Shown piece after piece: positions 7,919 through 15,599 of a DNA stretch of 19,475 nt (position 1 is the stretch's first letter; the number at the start of each line of letters is the position of its first letter). This stretch comes from an uncultured Gemmatimonadota bacterium (GTDB lineage Bacteria; SM23-81). The notes beneath the pieces are model-generated. The model was not told the origin of the DNA. It saw only the letters and a program-made list of their open reading frames with translations, and did not search any database. Both the position numbers and the translations under genes were made by a program. Where the stretch lies: NCBI GenBank assembly GCA_964584035.1, contig CAZOYL010000040.1, positions 1-19,475 on the forward strand, written 5' to 3'.

Positions 7919-9574
7919 TTGAAGGACGGTCTGTTGACATTCCTGGTGGGTGGAGAGGCCGGGCATGGCGTCAAAAAGGCCGGCTCGGTGGCCGCCGGCA
8001 TCTTCGCCGGCATGGGCAGACACATCTTTCAGATGGACGATTATCAGAGTCTCATTCGCGGCGGGCACAACTTCTCGGTGGTCAGCACCGCGGTGGACGA
8101 GATCACCAGCCACTATATGAAGGCCGATCTGGCCGTGGCTCTGGATGCCAGAAGTTACCGGATGCACCAGGAGGATCTGGCCGAGGGCGGCATCATGGTC
8201 TTCAACGCCGATCAGGTCAAGGATGGTCAGGGCCTGGGCGTCGCCATGACGGCCGAGGCCGGTAAATATTCCCGTCCCGATCTCATCCTGGGCGTGGGGG
8301 CGATAGCCGCGCTGGCCTGCGGGCTGGGTTGGGATCGGGAGAAGACCGGACAGGTCATCGAGGAGGTCTACCCCGGAGGGGCCGAGGAAAACGTCGCCTA
8401 TGCCGGCCGGATCTATGGGCTGGTCGAGAGCCGGCTGAAAGGACACTTCGCGCTGAGGCCGGGAGACCGGCGGCGCCCGGTGCTCTCGGGCAACCAGGCC
8501 ATCGCACTGGGGGCCCTGGCCGCCGGAGTGGATATGTATCTGGCCTATCCCATGACGCCGGCATCCCCGATATTACACTTTTTGGCCGAGCAGGCGGAGG
8601 AATTCGGCATCGCGGTGATGCATCCGGAGAGCGAGGTGGCGGTGGCCAACATCGCCGTCGGAGCCGCCGCGGCCGGAGCCCGGACCATGGTGGGGACCAG
8701 CGGCGGCGGGCTGGCCCTGATGGATGAGGCTTTTTCCCTGGCGGGGATGACCGAGACGCCACTGTTATGCATCCTGGGATCCCGGCCGGGTCCGGCCACA
8801 GGCGTTCCCACGTATACGGAGCAGGGAGATCTGAAATTTGCCATGAACAAGGGCCACGGCGAGTACCCCAGGATCGTCGCCTCTCCGGGCCACATCGCGG
8901 AGGCCTACCGGCTGGCCGCCCAGTTGCTGGACCTGGCCTGGCAATTTCAGACCCCGGCCATCATGATTACCGAGAAACATCTGGCCGAAAGCCGCATGAC
9001 GGTGGAACTGGACCTCAAAGAGGCCGTCTGGGCCGGAGCCCTGATGCACCGGGAAGGGACTTACGGCCGTTATAAGGACGCCGATGATGGCCTGTCGCCC
9101 ATGCTTTTCCCCCCGTCCTCGGAGGTCATCAAGTGGAACAGCTACGAGCATGACGAAGCGGGCATCACCACCGAGAAAGCCGAGATCATCGCTCAGATGC
9201 ATGACAAGCGTTTCCACAAGGGGGAATCGCTGGTCGGGCACATGAAGGAGCTGCAAACGGTGAACGTATACGGCCAGAGCGGTCCCCTGATCTTCACCTA
9301 TGGATCCTCGACCCTGAGCGTGCTGGAGGCCCTGCGAGTGCTGGATACCGATGCCCGGGTGGTCCAGCCGATCTATCTGGAACCGCTGCCGGTCTGGGAT
9401 CTGGAAAAATACCTGGGCAGCGCTCCGGTGGTGGTGGAGCAAAGCCGAACCGGACAGTTCGCCAATTTGCTGCGGGAGAAAATGGACATGGAGCCCGCGG
9501 CCGTCATTCGGCGGTACGACGGCCGGCCCTTCGAGCCGGTCGAGCTGGCCCGGCAGATAGAGGAGGTGATCTAA
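7919..9574 (+). CDS. korA: 2-oxoacid:ferredoxin oxidoreductase alpha subunit (gamma-alpha fusion)
   Basis: N-terminal gamma domain GGEAGHGV and YQSLIRGGH; SGNQAIALG, YPMTP, ESE, TSGGG, RPGPATGVPT, terminal RYDGRPF. TTG start with GGGGAGGT at 7903-7910. Substrate specificity cannot be read from the sequence. Confidence 0.92.
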   Translation: MKDGLLTFLVGGEAGHGVKKAGSVAAGIFAGMGRHIFQMDDYQSLIRGGHNFSVVSTAVDEITSHYMKADLAVALDARSYRMHQEDLAEGGIMVFNADQVKDGQGLGVAMTAEAGKYSRPDLILGVGAIAALACGLGWDREKTGQVIEEVYPGGAEENVAYAGRIYGLVESRLKGHFALRPGDRRRPVLSGNQAIALGALAAGVDMYLAYPMTPASPILHFLAEQAEEFGIAVMHPESEVAVANIAVGAAAAGARTMVGTSGGGLALMDEAFSLAGMTETPLLCILGSRPGPATGVPTYTEQGDLKFAMNKGHGEYPRIVASPGHIAEAYRLAAQLLDLAWQFQTPAIMITEKHLAESRMTVELDLKEAVWAGALMHREGTYGRYKDADDGLSPMLFPPSSEVIKWNSYEHDEAGITTEKAEIIAQMHDKRFHKGESLVGHMKELQTVNVYGQSGPLIFTYGSSTLSVLEALRVLDTDARVVQPIYLEPLPVWDLEKYLGSAPVVVEQSRTGQFANLLREKMDMEPAAVIRRYDGRPFEPVELARQIEEVI

Positions 9575-10420
9575 ATGGCCGATGAACTGACCACCGGCGC
9601 CGAGATCACCTGGTGCCCCGGCTGCGGCAATTTCGGCATATTCAATGCGTTTAAGAAGGCCATCGGACGGCTTGAGGAACAGGGCATCGGCCGGGATCAT
9701 CTCTTCATGGTGGCCGGCATCGGCCAGCATGCCAAGATCTTCGATTACGCCAACATCAGCGGCTTCTACGGTCTTCACGGCCGCTCCATGGCGACCGCTC
9801 AGGGCGTGAAGCTGGCCAATCCCGATCTGAAGGTGATCGACTTCGTCGGGGACGGCGACGCCATGGGAGAGGGTCTGGAGCATCTGCTCTTCGCCGCCAA
9901 GCGCAACGCTGACATCACCGTGGTGATGCACGACAACGGCATCTATGCCCTGACCACGGGACAGCGCAGTCCCCTCAGCGAGAAGGGATACCAGGGACCA
10001 TCCACGCCCCGGGGCAGCGAGGAGGAACCGTTCAATGCCCTCACCCTGCTGCTGGAGGCTGGGGCCACCTTCGTGGCCCGGTCCTACTCCGGGAATATCG
10101 ACCATCTGACCGAGATGATGGTCCGGGCCGTCCAGCACCAGGGATTCTCCTTTCTCGATGTGCTCCAGGTGTGCGTCACCTTCAACAACAAGTACGACCT
10201 CTACAACGAGAAGGTGATGGTTATGGACAAGGTTCCCGGCAGCGTGGATGAGGCCGCGGCTCTGGCCCGGCAGAAGGATCGGCTGCCCATAGGGATTTTT
10301 TATCAAGTGGAGAAGACACCGCATCACCGGGCCCTTTATGGAGATCATCATCCGCTGGTGAAGCGCCGGCCACGAAAAAAACGGCTGGAGAAGATACAGA
10401 GGATGCTGCGTTCCATGTGA
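9575..10420 (+). CDS. korB: 2-oxoacid:ferredoxin oxidoreductase beta subunit (TPP-binding)
   Basis: WCPGCGNFG, LHGR, TPP motif GDGD...DNGIYALTTGQ.SP, LQVC. Starts directly after the alpha stop (TAAATG) with AGGAGGT upstream. Confidence 0.92.
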   Translation: MADELTTGAEITWCPGCGNFGIFNAFKKAIGRLEEQGIGRDHLFMVAGIGQHAKIFDYANISGFYGLHGRSMATAQGVKLANPDLKVIDFVGDGDAMGEGLEHLLFAAKRNADITVVMHDNGIYALTTGQRSPLSEKGYQGPSTPRGSEEEPFNALTLLLEAGATFVARSYSGNIDHLTEMMVRAVQHQGFSFLDVLQVCVTFNNKYDLYNEKVMVMDKVPGSVDEAAALARQKDRLPIGIFYQVEKTPHHRALYGDHHPLVKRRPRKKRLEKIQRMLRSM

Positions 10421-10464
10421 GCCGCGATGATCCTGGCCATTACATCATCAGAAGGAGAGGAAAG

Positions 10465-10932
10465 ATGACGACGAAAATAAAAGTGGGCGATCGAGCCAAG
10501 AACTTCACCCTTTCCGATCAGTACGGCAAGAAGTTTCAGCTGTCAGATCTGCGGGGCAAAAAGCGGGTACTGTTGTCCTTTCACCCGCTGGCCTGGACCG
10601 GCCTGTGCGCCAAGCAGATGAAATCCCTGGAGCGTTACCGCGAGCGCTTCGATGCCCTCAACACCGTGGCGGTGGGCCTAAGCGTCGACTCGGTGCCCTG
10701 CAAGGCGGCCTGGGCCAAAAGCCTGGGCCTGAACAAGACCCGCATCCTGGCCGATTTCTGGCCCCATGGCGAGGTGGCCAGGAAGTACGGCGTGTTCCGG
10801 GACAAGAACGGCATCTCCGAGCGGGCCAACATCATCGTAGATCAGAAGGGCCGCATCGTTTTCTATAAAGTCTATCCTATTAAACAGTTGCCATCTGTCA
10901 GCGAGATCATAACCTTTCTCAAGCGGCTGTAG
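10465..10932 (+). CDS. Peroxiredoxin, AhpC/TSA family (AhpE-like)
   Basis: Peroxidatic motif PLAWTGLC (PxxxTxxC), SVDS, ADFWPHGEVARKYGVF, conserved Arg in ERANIIVD. ATG 10465 preferred (AGGAGAGG upstream) over GTG 10417. Confidence 0.88.
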   Translation: MTTKIKVGDRAKNFTLSDQYGKKFQLSDLRGKKRVLLSFHPLAWTGLCAKQMKSLERYRERFDALNTVAVGLSVDSVPCKAAWAKSLGLNKTRILADFWPHGEVARKYGVFRDKNGISERANIIVDQKGRIVFYKVYPIKQLPSVSEIITFLKRL

Positions 10933-10943
10933 GGGCAGACGAC

Positions 10944-11504
10944 ATGGACGTCAGGGAAGCCATCGAGAGACGGCGTGCTTACCGCTCACTGGATCCGGTC
11001 GAGATCACCGGGGAGACGGTCCGCGACCTGGCCGGGTGTGCCCGCCTGGCCGCCTCCTGTTTCAACAAGCAGCCCTGGCGGTTCGTCTTCGTCACCGATC
11101 CCAGGGTCCTGAAACAGATGCACGCCGCCCTGTCCAAGGGCAATGAGTGGATCCGCCATGCCTCCATGATCGCGGCCGTGTTCTCCAAAAAGGATCTGGA
11201 CTGTGTGGTCAAGGGACGGGAGTATTACCTGTTTGATACCGGAATGGCCACGGCGCAGATCATCTTGAGGGCCACCGAGCTGGGTTTTGTGGCCCATCCC
11301 ATCGCCGGGTTTGATGAGGTAAAGATCAAAGAGATCCTGGACATTCCGGCGGAGATGACGGTTATCACCCTGATTAATTTCGGCCTTAAGAGGGAGGAGA
11401 TGCGTCCCGAGCTGTCCGAGGGACAGATCGACGCCGAGCGGGAGCGGCCGGAGCGGCTGCCGTTCGAGAAGATCGCCTGCCTGAACCGATACCGAGAGGA
11501 GTGA
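10944..11504 (+). CDS. Nitroreductase-family FMN-dependent oxidoreductase
   Basis: AIERRRAYR, AASCFNKQPWRFV, DTGMA...LRATELG, terminal R.PFE motif. Confidence 0.9.
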   Translation: MDVREAIERRRAYRSLDPVEITGETVRDLAGCARLAASCFNKQPWRFVFVTDPRVLKQMHAALSKGNEWIRHASMIAAVFSKKDLDCVVKGREYYLFDTGMATAQIILRATELGFVAHPIAGFDEVKIKEILDIPAEMTVITLINFGLKREEMRPELSEGQIDAERERPERLPFEKIACLNRYREE

Positions 11505-11508
11505 TGGT

Positions 11509-11793
11509 ATGCCGGAGCCGGTCCATGTGGAGGGGTCCAACGCCGATCACAAGGTCATGTTGTTCGCCCTGAGCACCTGCGGGTGGTGCCGGCGGACCAA
11601 GAAGCTGCTGGAAACGCTGGATGTGGCCTACGAGTACATCGATGTCGATCAGCTGGTGGGCGAGGAAAAGGAACGAGTCCGGGAGGAGATCACCCGCTGG
11701 AACCCGGCCTGTTCCTTTCCCACCCTGGTGATCGACGATGACCGCTGCCTCGTGGGCTACCGGGAGCAGGAGATCCGGGAGGTGCTGGGATGA
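11509..11793 (+). CDS. Glutaredoxin-like (NrdH-type) redoxin
   Basis: STCGWC active site, cis-Pro motif SFPT, VGY tail, 94 aa, GAGGAG upstream. Confidence 0.88.
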   Translation: MPEPVHVEGSNADHKVMLFALSTCGWCRRTKKLLETLDVAYEYIDVDQLVGEEKERVREEITRWNPACSFPTLVIDDDRCLVGYREQEIREVLG

Positions 11794-12326
11794 AAGAGAT
11801 GGAAGTGACCGAGGAAGAGATACAGCGGGCCTACGAGAAGCTGAACAAGGATGTCCAGGCCGGGGGCTATCACCTCAATCCCGATGAGGAGTTCGTCCGT
11901 GACCTGATCCGGGGCATGCTGGTCAATGAGCAGCGCTACGGCTACGGGTCCTGCCCCTGCCGGCTGGCCTCCGGGGTCAAACAGGAGGATGTGGACATCA
12001 TCTGCCCCTGCGACTACCGAGATGCGGACCTGGACGAGCACGGAGCCTGCTATTGTGCCCTGTATGTCACCCGGGAGGTGTTGGACGGCAAGCGTCAGGT
12101 GGGCTCCATCCAGGAGCGGCGGCCGCCGCTGGAGGAGCGCCGTAAGGCCGCGGCCGGGGCGTCGAAGTCTGCCCCCGGAGAGGCCGGGCCGGCGGCCGGT
12201 CCTGGAGCGCTGCCCCTGCCGGTGTGGCGCTGTAGAGTCTGCGGCTATTTGTGCGCCCGGGAGGGCCCGCCGGAGGTCTGTCCGGTGTGCAAGGCCAAGA
12301 GGGAGAGGTTTGAGCGGTTTATGTAA
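11790..12326 (+). CDS. Ferredoxin:thioredoxin-reductase catalytic-subunit homologue with C-terminal rubredoxin-like domain (ferredoxin:disulfide/glutaredoxin reductase)
   Basis: FTR motifs CPCR, CPCDY, CYC. C-terminal WRCRVCGY...PEVCPVC. ATGA overlap with the glutaredoxin stop. Confidence 0.9.
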   Translation: MKEMEVTEEEIQRAYEKLNKDVQAGGYHLNPDEEFVRDLIRGMLVNEQRYGYGSCPCRLASGVKQEDVDIICPCDYRDADLDEHGACYCALYVTREVLDGKRQVGSIQERRPPLEERRKAAAGASKSAPGEAGPAAGPGALPLPVWRCRVCGYLCAREGPPEVCPVCKAKRERFERFM

Positions 12327-12347
12327 GCAAGAATAAGCCCCGATTCG

Positions 12348-12380
12348 AAACGTCCTCACTTGAGTGAGGACGTTTTTTTT
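12348..12380 (+). terminator. Rho-independent terminator of the redox operon (possibly bidirectional)
   Basis: AAACGTCCTCAC (12348-12359), TTGA loop, GTGAGGACGTTT (12364-12375), running into a T8 tract (12373-12380), between convergent genes. Confidence 0.9.
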
Positions 12381-12403
12381 GATTACGGTGTTTTCGAAAT
12401 CAT

Positions 12404-13573
12404 TCACCAGCTCCACCGCATCTGGGCCAGCAGAGTGGTCCCGTTATCGCCGAACTCGGTTCCGGGACTCCCGCCGAAGAGCAAACCGGTGAGGATCACA
12501 TCCAGGTCGGTCAGGGCGTTCCAGGTGACGGCGGGGCCGGCATACCGGGAACCGTCGGTCGGGTTCACAATGCCGGCCAGACTGGCAGAGACCAGTGGAT
12601 GAAGCTGGCGGGCCGCCTCGGCGAACAGCGACCAGCGCGCCGGGGTGAGGCGGTGGTCTTGCAGTGCCCGTATCAGATGCAACCCTCCCGCATCTCCGGT
12701 GGTCCCTTGGCTGCCGTACAGCGCTTCACCATGCAGGTAGAGAGAGGATTTGAAGGCATAATCGCCCGACAGGACGGCGGTCAGATCGGGGTGTTCTGAT
12801 GCCCCATCCTCCTCTGACGAAAAACGCTCCAGCAGCTCGCCGCGGAAGCCACCTCCCCTGATGTGCCCGGCCCAGGCGAATCCGGCCACCCACTCCTTGG
12901 CCCGGCGTCCCCCCAGGAAGTGCCAGTCATATTCCCAGCGGTTCAGGACCAGCTGAGCCACGGCGATGGAATTCTCTTCCGGTTCCTGCAGCGCTGCGGC
13001 GATCTCGAATCTGGAAGCGGGACCGAGGTAGTACTGGACGCGGAGACCATCGGCTCCCGGTTTCTCGACATTGGCGAAATCCAGCGGCGAGGAAGGGTTG
13101 AACAGGTCGGTCGGGTTCCAGATCAGCGTCGTGCCCCAGGCGATGCGCTGGCGGCCGAGCGTGATCTGCAGGTCTCCTATGTATGCAGCGATCCAAAGGC
13201 GATCGATCTTCCCCGCCAGGACGATCTTCTCTTCCTCGACAAAGGTCCGCTGCCAGTCGAAGTAGGGCTCCTCGAAGCGGTAGGCCTCCGAAGCACCCGG
13301 CACGAGGCCGGCCGATTCGCCAAGCAATAATCGCTCATCGACCTCCACCGCGACCGTGATCTGGTGGCCGGGGTACCACCTCAGGTTCTGCCGGGCCAGC
13401 GTCCGGCTGTCCAGCCGCCACTCCCGGCCGGCGGCCAGAGGCGGAGAGAGCTCCCACAGCAGCGGCATCTCGATGACATAGCCCCGCAGCGACCATTCGG
13501 AGGCGACGCCATCCGATCCCATGAGGCAGAGGACCAGCAGGCAGATGGTGAACGCCATCCGCCGGACGATCAC
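12404..13573 (-). CDS. Uncharacterised exported protein, predicted outer-membrane beta-barrel linked to the ABC system
   Basis: Signal peptide (MIVRRMAFTICLLVLCLMGSDGVA), amphipathic strands, motif IDRLW...LGRQRIAWG...NPTDLFNP...EKPGADG, aromatic C-terminus QMRWSW. GTG start overlaps the ATPase stop. Confidence 0.7.
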   Translation of the reverse strand: MIVRRMAFTICLLVLCLMGSDGVASEWSLRGYVIEMPLLWELSPPLAAGREWRLDSRTLARQNLRWYPGHQITVAVEVDERLLLGESAGLVPGASEAYRFEEPYFDWQRTFVEEEKIVLAGKIDRLWIAAYIGDLQITLGRQRIAWGTTLIWNPTDLFNPSSPLDFANVEKPGADGLRVQYYLGPASRFEIAAALQEPEENSIAVAQLVLNRWEYDWHFLGGRRAKEWVAGFAWAGHIRGGGFRGELLERFSSEEDGASEHPDLTAVLSGDYAFKSSLYLHGEALYGSQGTTGDAGGLHLIRALQDHRLTPARWSLFAEAARQLHPLVSASLAGIVNPTDGSRYAGPAVTWNALTDLDVILTGLLFGGSPGTEFGDNGTTLLAQMRWSW

Positions 13574-14259
13574 GGTTCCCTCCGCTCGTCCTCGACGATT
13601 TGTCCGTCGCGCAGCGTGATCACCCGGCGAGCTCGTTTGACCACCCGGCTGTCATGTGTCGAGAACAGGAAGGTGACCCCCTGTTCACGGTTCATGCGCT
13701 CCATGATGTCGAGCAGATTATCCGCCGAGGCGGTGTCCAGGTTGGCGGTCGGCTCGTCGGCCAGAACGAAGGCCGGCAGGGAGGCCAGGGCGCGGGCCAC
13801 GGCCACCCGCTGCTGCTGTCCGCCGGAGAGCTGGATCGGCCGGCGATCCAGGTAGTCCGCTAAGCCGACGGCCCGCAGCAGTTCCTCGGCGCGCTTTTTT
13901 CGCTCTGCCTTGGGCTTTTTCTGCAGCAGCATGATGAACTCGACGTTCTCCCGGGCGGTCAGCACCGGGATCAGGTTGAAAGCCTGAAAGACGAAGCCGA
14001 TGCGGTGCAGGCGCAGCTCGACCAGCTCGTCCCGCTTCATGCGGGTCAGGCTTTGGCCCTCCACCGTGACCTCGCCTTCGGTGGGGCGGTCCAGGCCGCC
14101 GATGATGTTCAACAGGGTCGATTTGCCCGACCCCGAGGGACCGACCACGGCCGTGAACTCGCCCTCGTCGATCTCCAGATCCACGCCGCGCAGCGCTTGT
14201 ACCGGAACGCCTTTGTCATCGTAAACCCGGGTGATCTGTGTTGCGGTAATGACACTCAT
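13570..14259 (-). CDS. ABC transporter ATP-binding protein (LolD/MacB-type)
   Basis: Walker A GPSGSGKST, Q-loop GFVFQAFNLI, signature LSGGQQQRV, Walker B LADEPTANLD, H-loop STHD. ATG 14259 preferred (GAGGT about 10 nt upstream) over TTG 14289. Confidence 0.95.
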   Translation of the reverse strand: MSVITATQITRVYDDKGVPVQALRGVDLEIDEGEFTAVVGPSGSGKSTLLNIIGGLDRPTEGEVTVEGQSLTRMKRDELVELRLHRIGFVFQAFNLIPVLTARENVEFIMLLQKKPKAERKKRAEELLRAVGLADYLDRRPIQLSGGQQQRVAVARALASLPAFVLADEPTANLDTASADNLLDIMERMNREQGVTFLFSTHDSRVVKRARRVITLRDGQIVEDERREP

Positions 14260-14302
14260 GATGATGTGAACCTCGGTTATTGGTAACACAGGAGACTGTT
14301 TC

Positions 14303-15517
14303 TCAATAGGTCCGGATGGCTTCCACAGGATTCAGTCGAACGGCCTTGATCCCCGGGTAAATGGCCGAGATCAGAGCGGTCAGGATGACCAGCAGGGTGA
14401 CGTTGAGATAATCATGCCACCCCAGAGCGGGATAGACTATGGTGTCCATTCCGAATTCCGCCAGCCCCTCCGAGACGACGGACAGGTCGAGTCCCGTTCG
14501 TGCGAATATCTCGATAGTGCCGGCGCCGGCAGCGATCCCGACCAGGCCGCCGATCACCGAGAGCGCCAGCGTCTCGAGCAGGATCATGGCGAACATCCGG
14601 CCCCCCTTCATGCCCAGAGCCTTGAGCACGCCCAGCTCTCGGATGCGCTCCAGGACCCCCATCAGCATGGTGTTGGTGATGCCGAAGACCAGTGCCAGCA
14701 GGATGATGATCAGAAAAATGTACAGCATCTGATCTCCCATCTCGGTGGTGACGGCCAGCTCGGGGGACAGCTCACTCCACGTCTCCACCGCCAGGTCGGG
14801 GTAGGCTTCGGCCAGAGCCTGATGAACCGGACCGATGTTCTCGAAATCGTTCAGCACCAGGGCGATTTCATGGATGGCCTCTCCCAGCCCGAAGGCCCGC
14901 TGGACATCCTCACGGCGCGCGAAGACAAAGGTCTCGTCGAAAGCGCTGGAGGCGGTCTTGAAAATGCCCGCGATGCGGAAGGCGCCAGCTCCGATGGACC
15001 CGTCAGGGGTCTGTGCCTGCAGCACCACCTTCTTTCCCAGCTTGACCTCGAGCCGCTCGGCCAATTTGGCGCCGATCGCGATGGGATTGCGCCGGTCGGT
15101 CTGGAACCAGGTGCCTTCAAGGAGACGCTCATGGACATCGAAGACCCGGGCGTCGGCGGCCGGGACGATGCCCAGCACCACCACTCCGGCGGCCGTCTGG
15201 GGCGAGGACGCCATCCCGGTCACCACGGCACGGCCGGTGGCGGCACGCACGTCCGCTCGTTCGCTCACCTGCCTCAGAACGGAGGGGCCGTCCGGGATCA
15301 TCCTGGTGACCTCCGGGTGCTGGCGATAGCCCGGCGCATGGATCTGGATGTGACCCAGCCGGGTCGAGACGCCGGTCGTGATCATCTGGGCATACATCCC
15401 TTCCATCAGGCCCATGGAGAAAATCCCGGCCCAGATGCCGAAGGCGATGGCCGACAGAATGATGGCGCTGCGCTTCTTGTTGCGCCAGATGTTGCGCCAG
15501 GCGATGGGGATCAGCAT
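14303..15517 (-). CDS. ABC transporter permease, LolC/E-FtsX/MacB type
   Basis: AWRNIWRNKKRS, TM1, large periplasmic domain, NTMLMGVLERIRELGVLKALGM, C-terminal TMs, LNPVEAIR. Confidence 0.92.
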   Translation of the reverse strand: MLIPIAWRNIWRNKKRSAIILSAIAFGIWAGIFSMGLMEGMYAQMITTGVSTRLGHIQIHAPGYRQHPEVTRMIPDGPSVLRQVSERADVRAATGRAVVTGMASSPQTAAGVVVLGIVPAADARVFDVHERLLEGTWFQTDRRNPIAIGAKLAERLEVKLGKKVVLQAQTPDGSIGAGAFRIAGIFKTASSAFDETFVFARREDVQRAFGLGEAIHEIALVLNDFENIGPVHQALAEAYPDLAVETWSELSPELAVTTEMGDQMLYIFLIIILLALVFGITNTMLMGVLERIRELGVLKALGMKGGRMFAMILLETLALSVIGGLVGIAAGAGTIEIFARTGLDLSVVSEGLAEFGMDTIVYPALGWHDYLNVTLLVILTALISAIYPGIKAVRLNPVEAIRTY

Positions 15518-15599
15518 TCTGGATGGTCCGGCTTGAGATTGAAAGATAGGCCGTCAGGAAGGTCGCCGTGCTGGTTTCTGGCCGGCAGCAGACTGAAAT

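Noticed and set aside
7343..8446. 367-aa minus-strand ORF
   Set aside because: Overlaps the GNAT and korA antisense; no motifs.
8765..10351. 528-aa minus-strand ORF
   Set aside because: Antisense shadow of korA/korB with no recognisable motifs; long shadow ORFs are expected in GC-rich coding DNA.
10417..10464. N-terminal extension of the peroxiredoxin from GTG 10417
   Set aside because: A strong AGGAGAGG precedes ATG 10465, and the extension is not Prx-like.
10465..12326. Possible selenocysteine (in-frame TGA) in the redox proteins
   Set aside because: All catalytic positions are ordinary Cys codons; the TGA stops fall at natural protein ends.
12360..12602. 80-aa plus-strand ORF starting at TTG 12360
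   Set aside because: Starts inside the terminator loop and runs antisense to the barrel gene.
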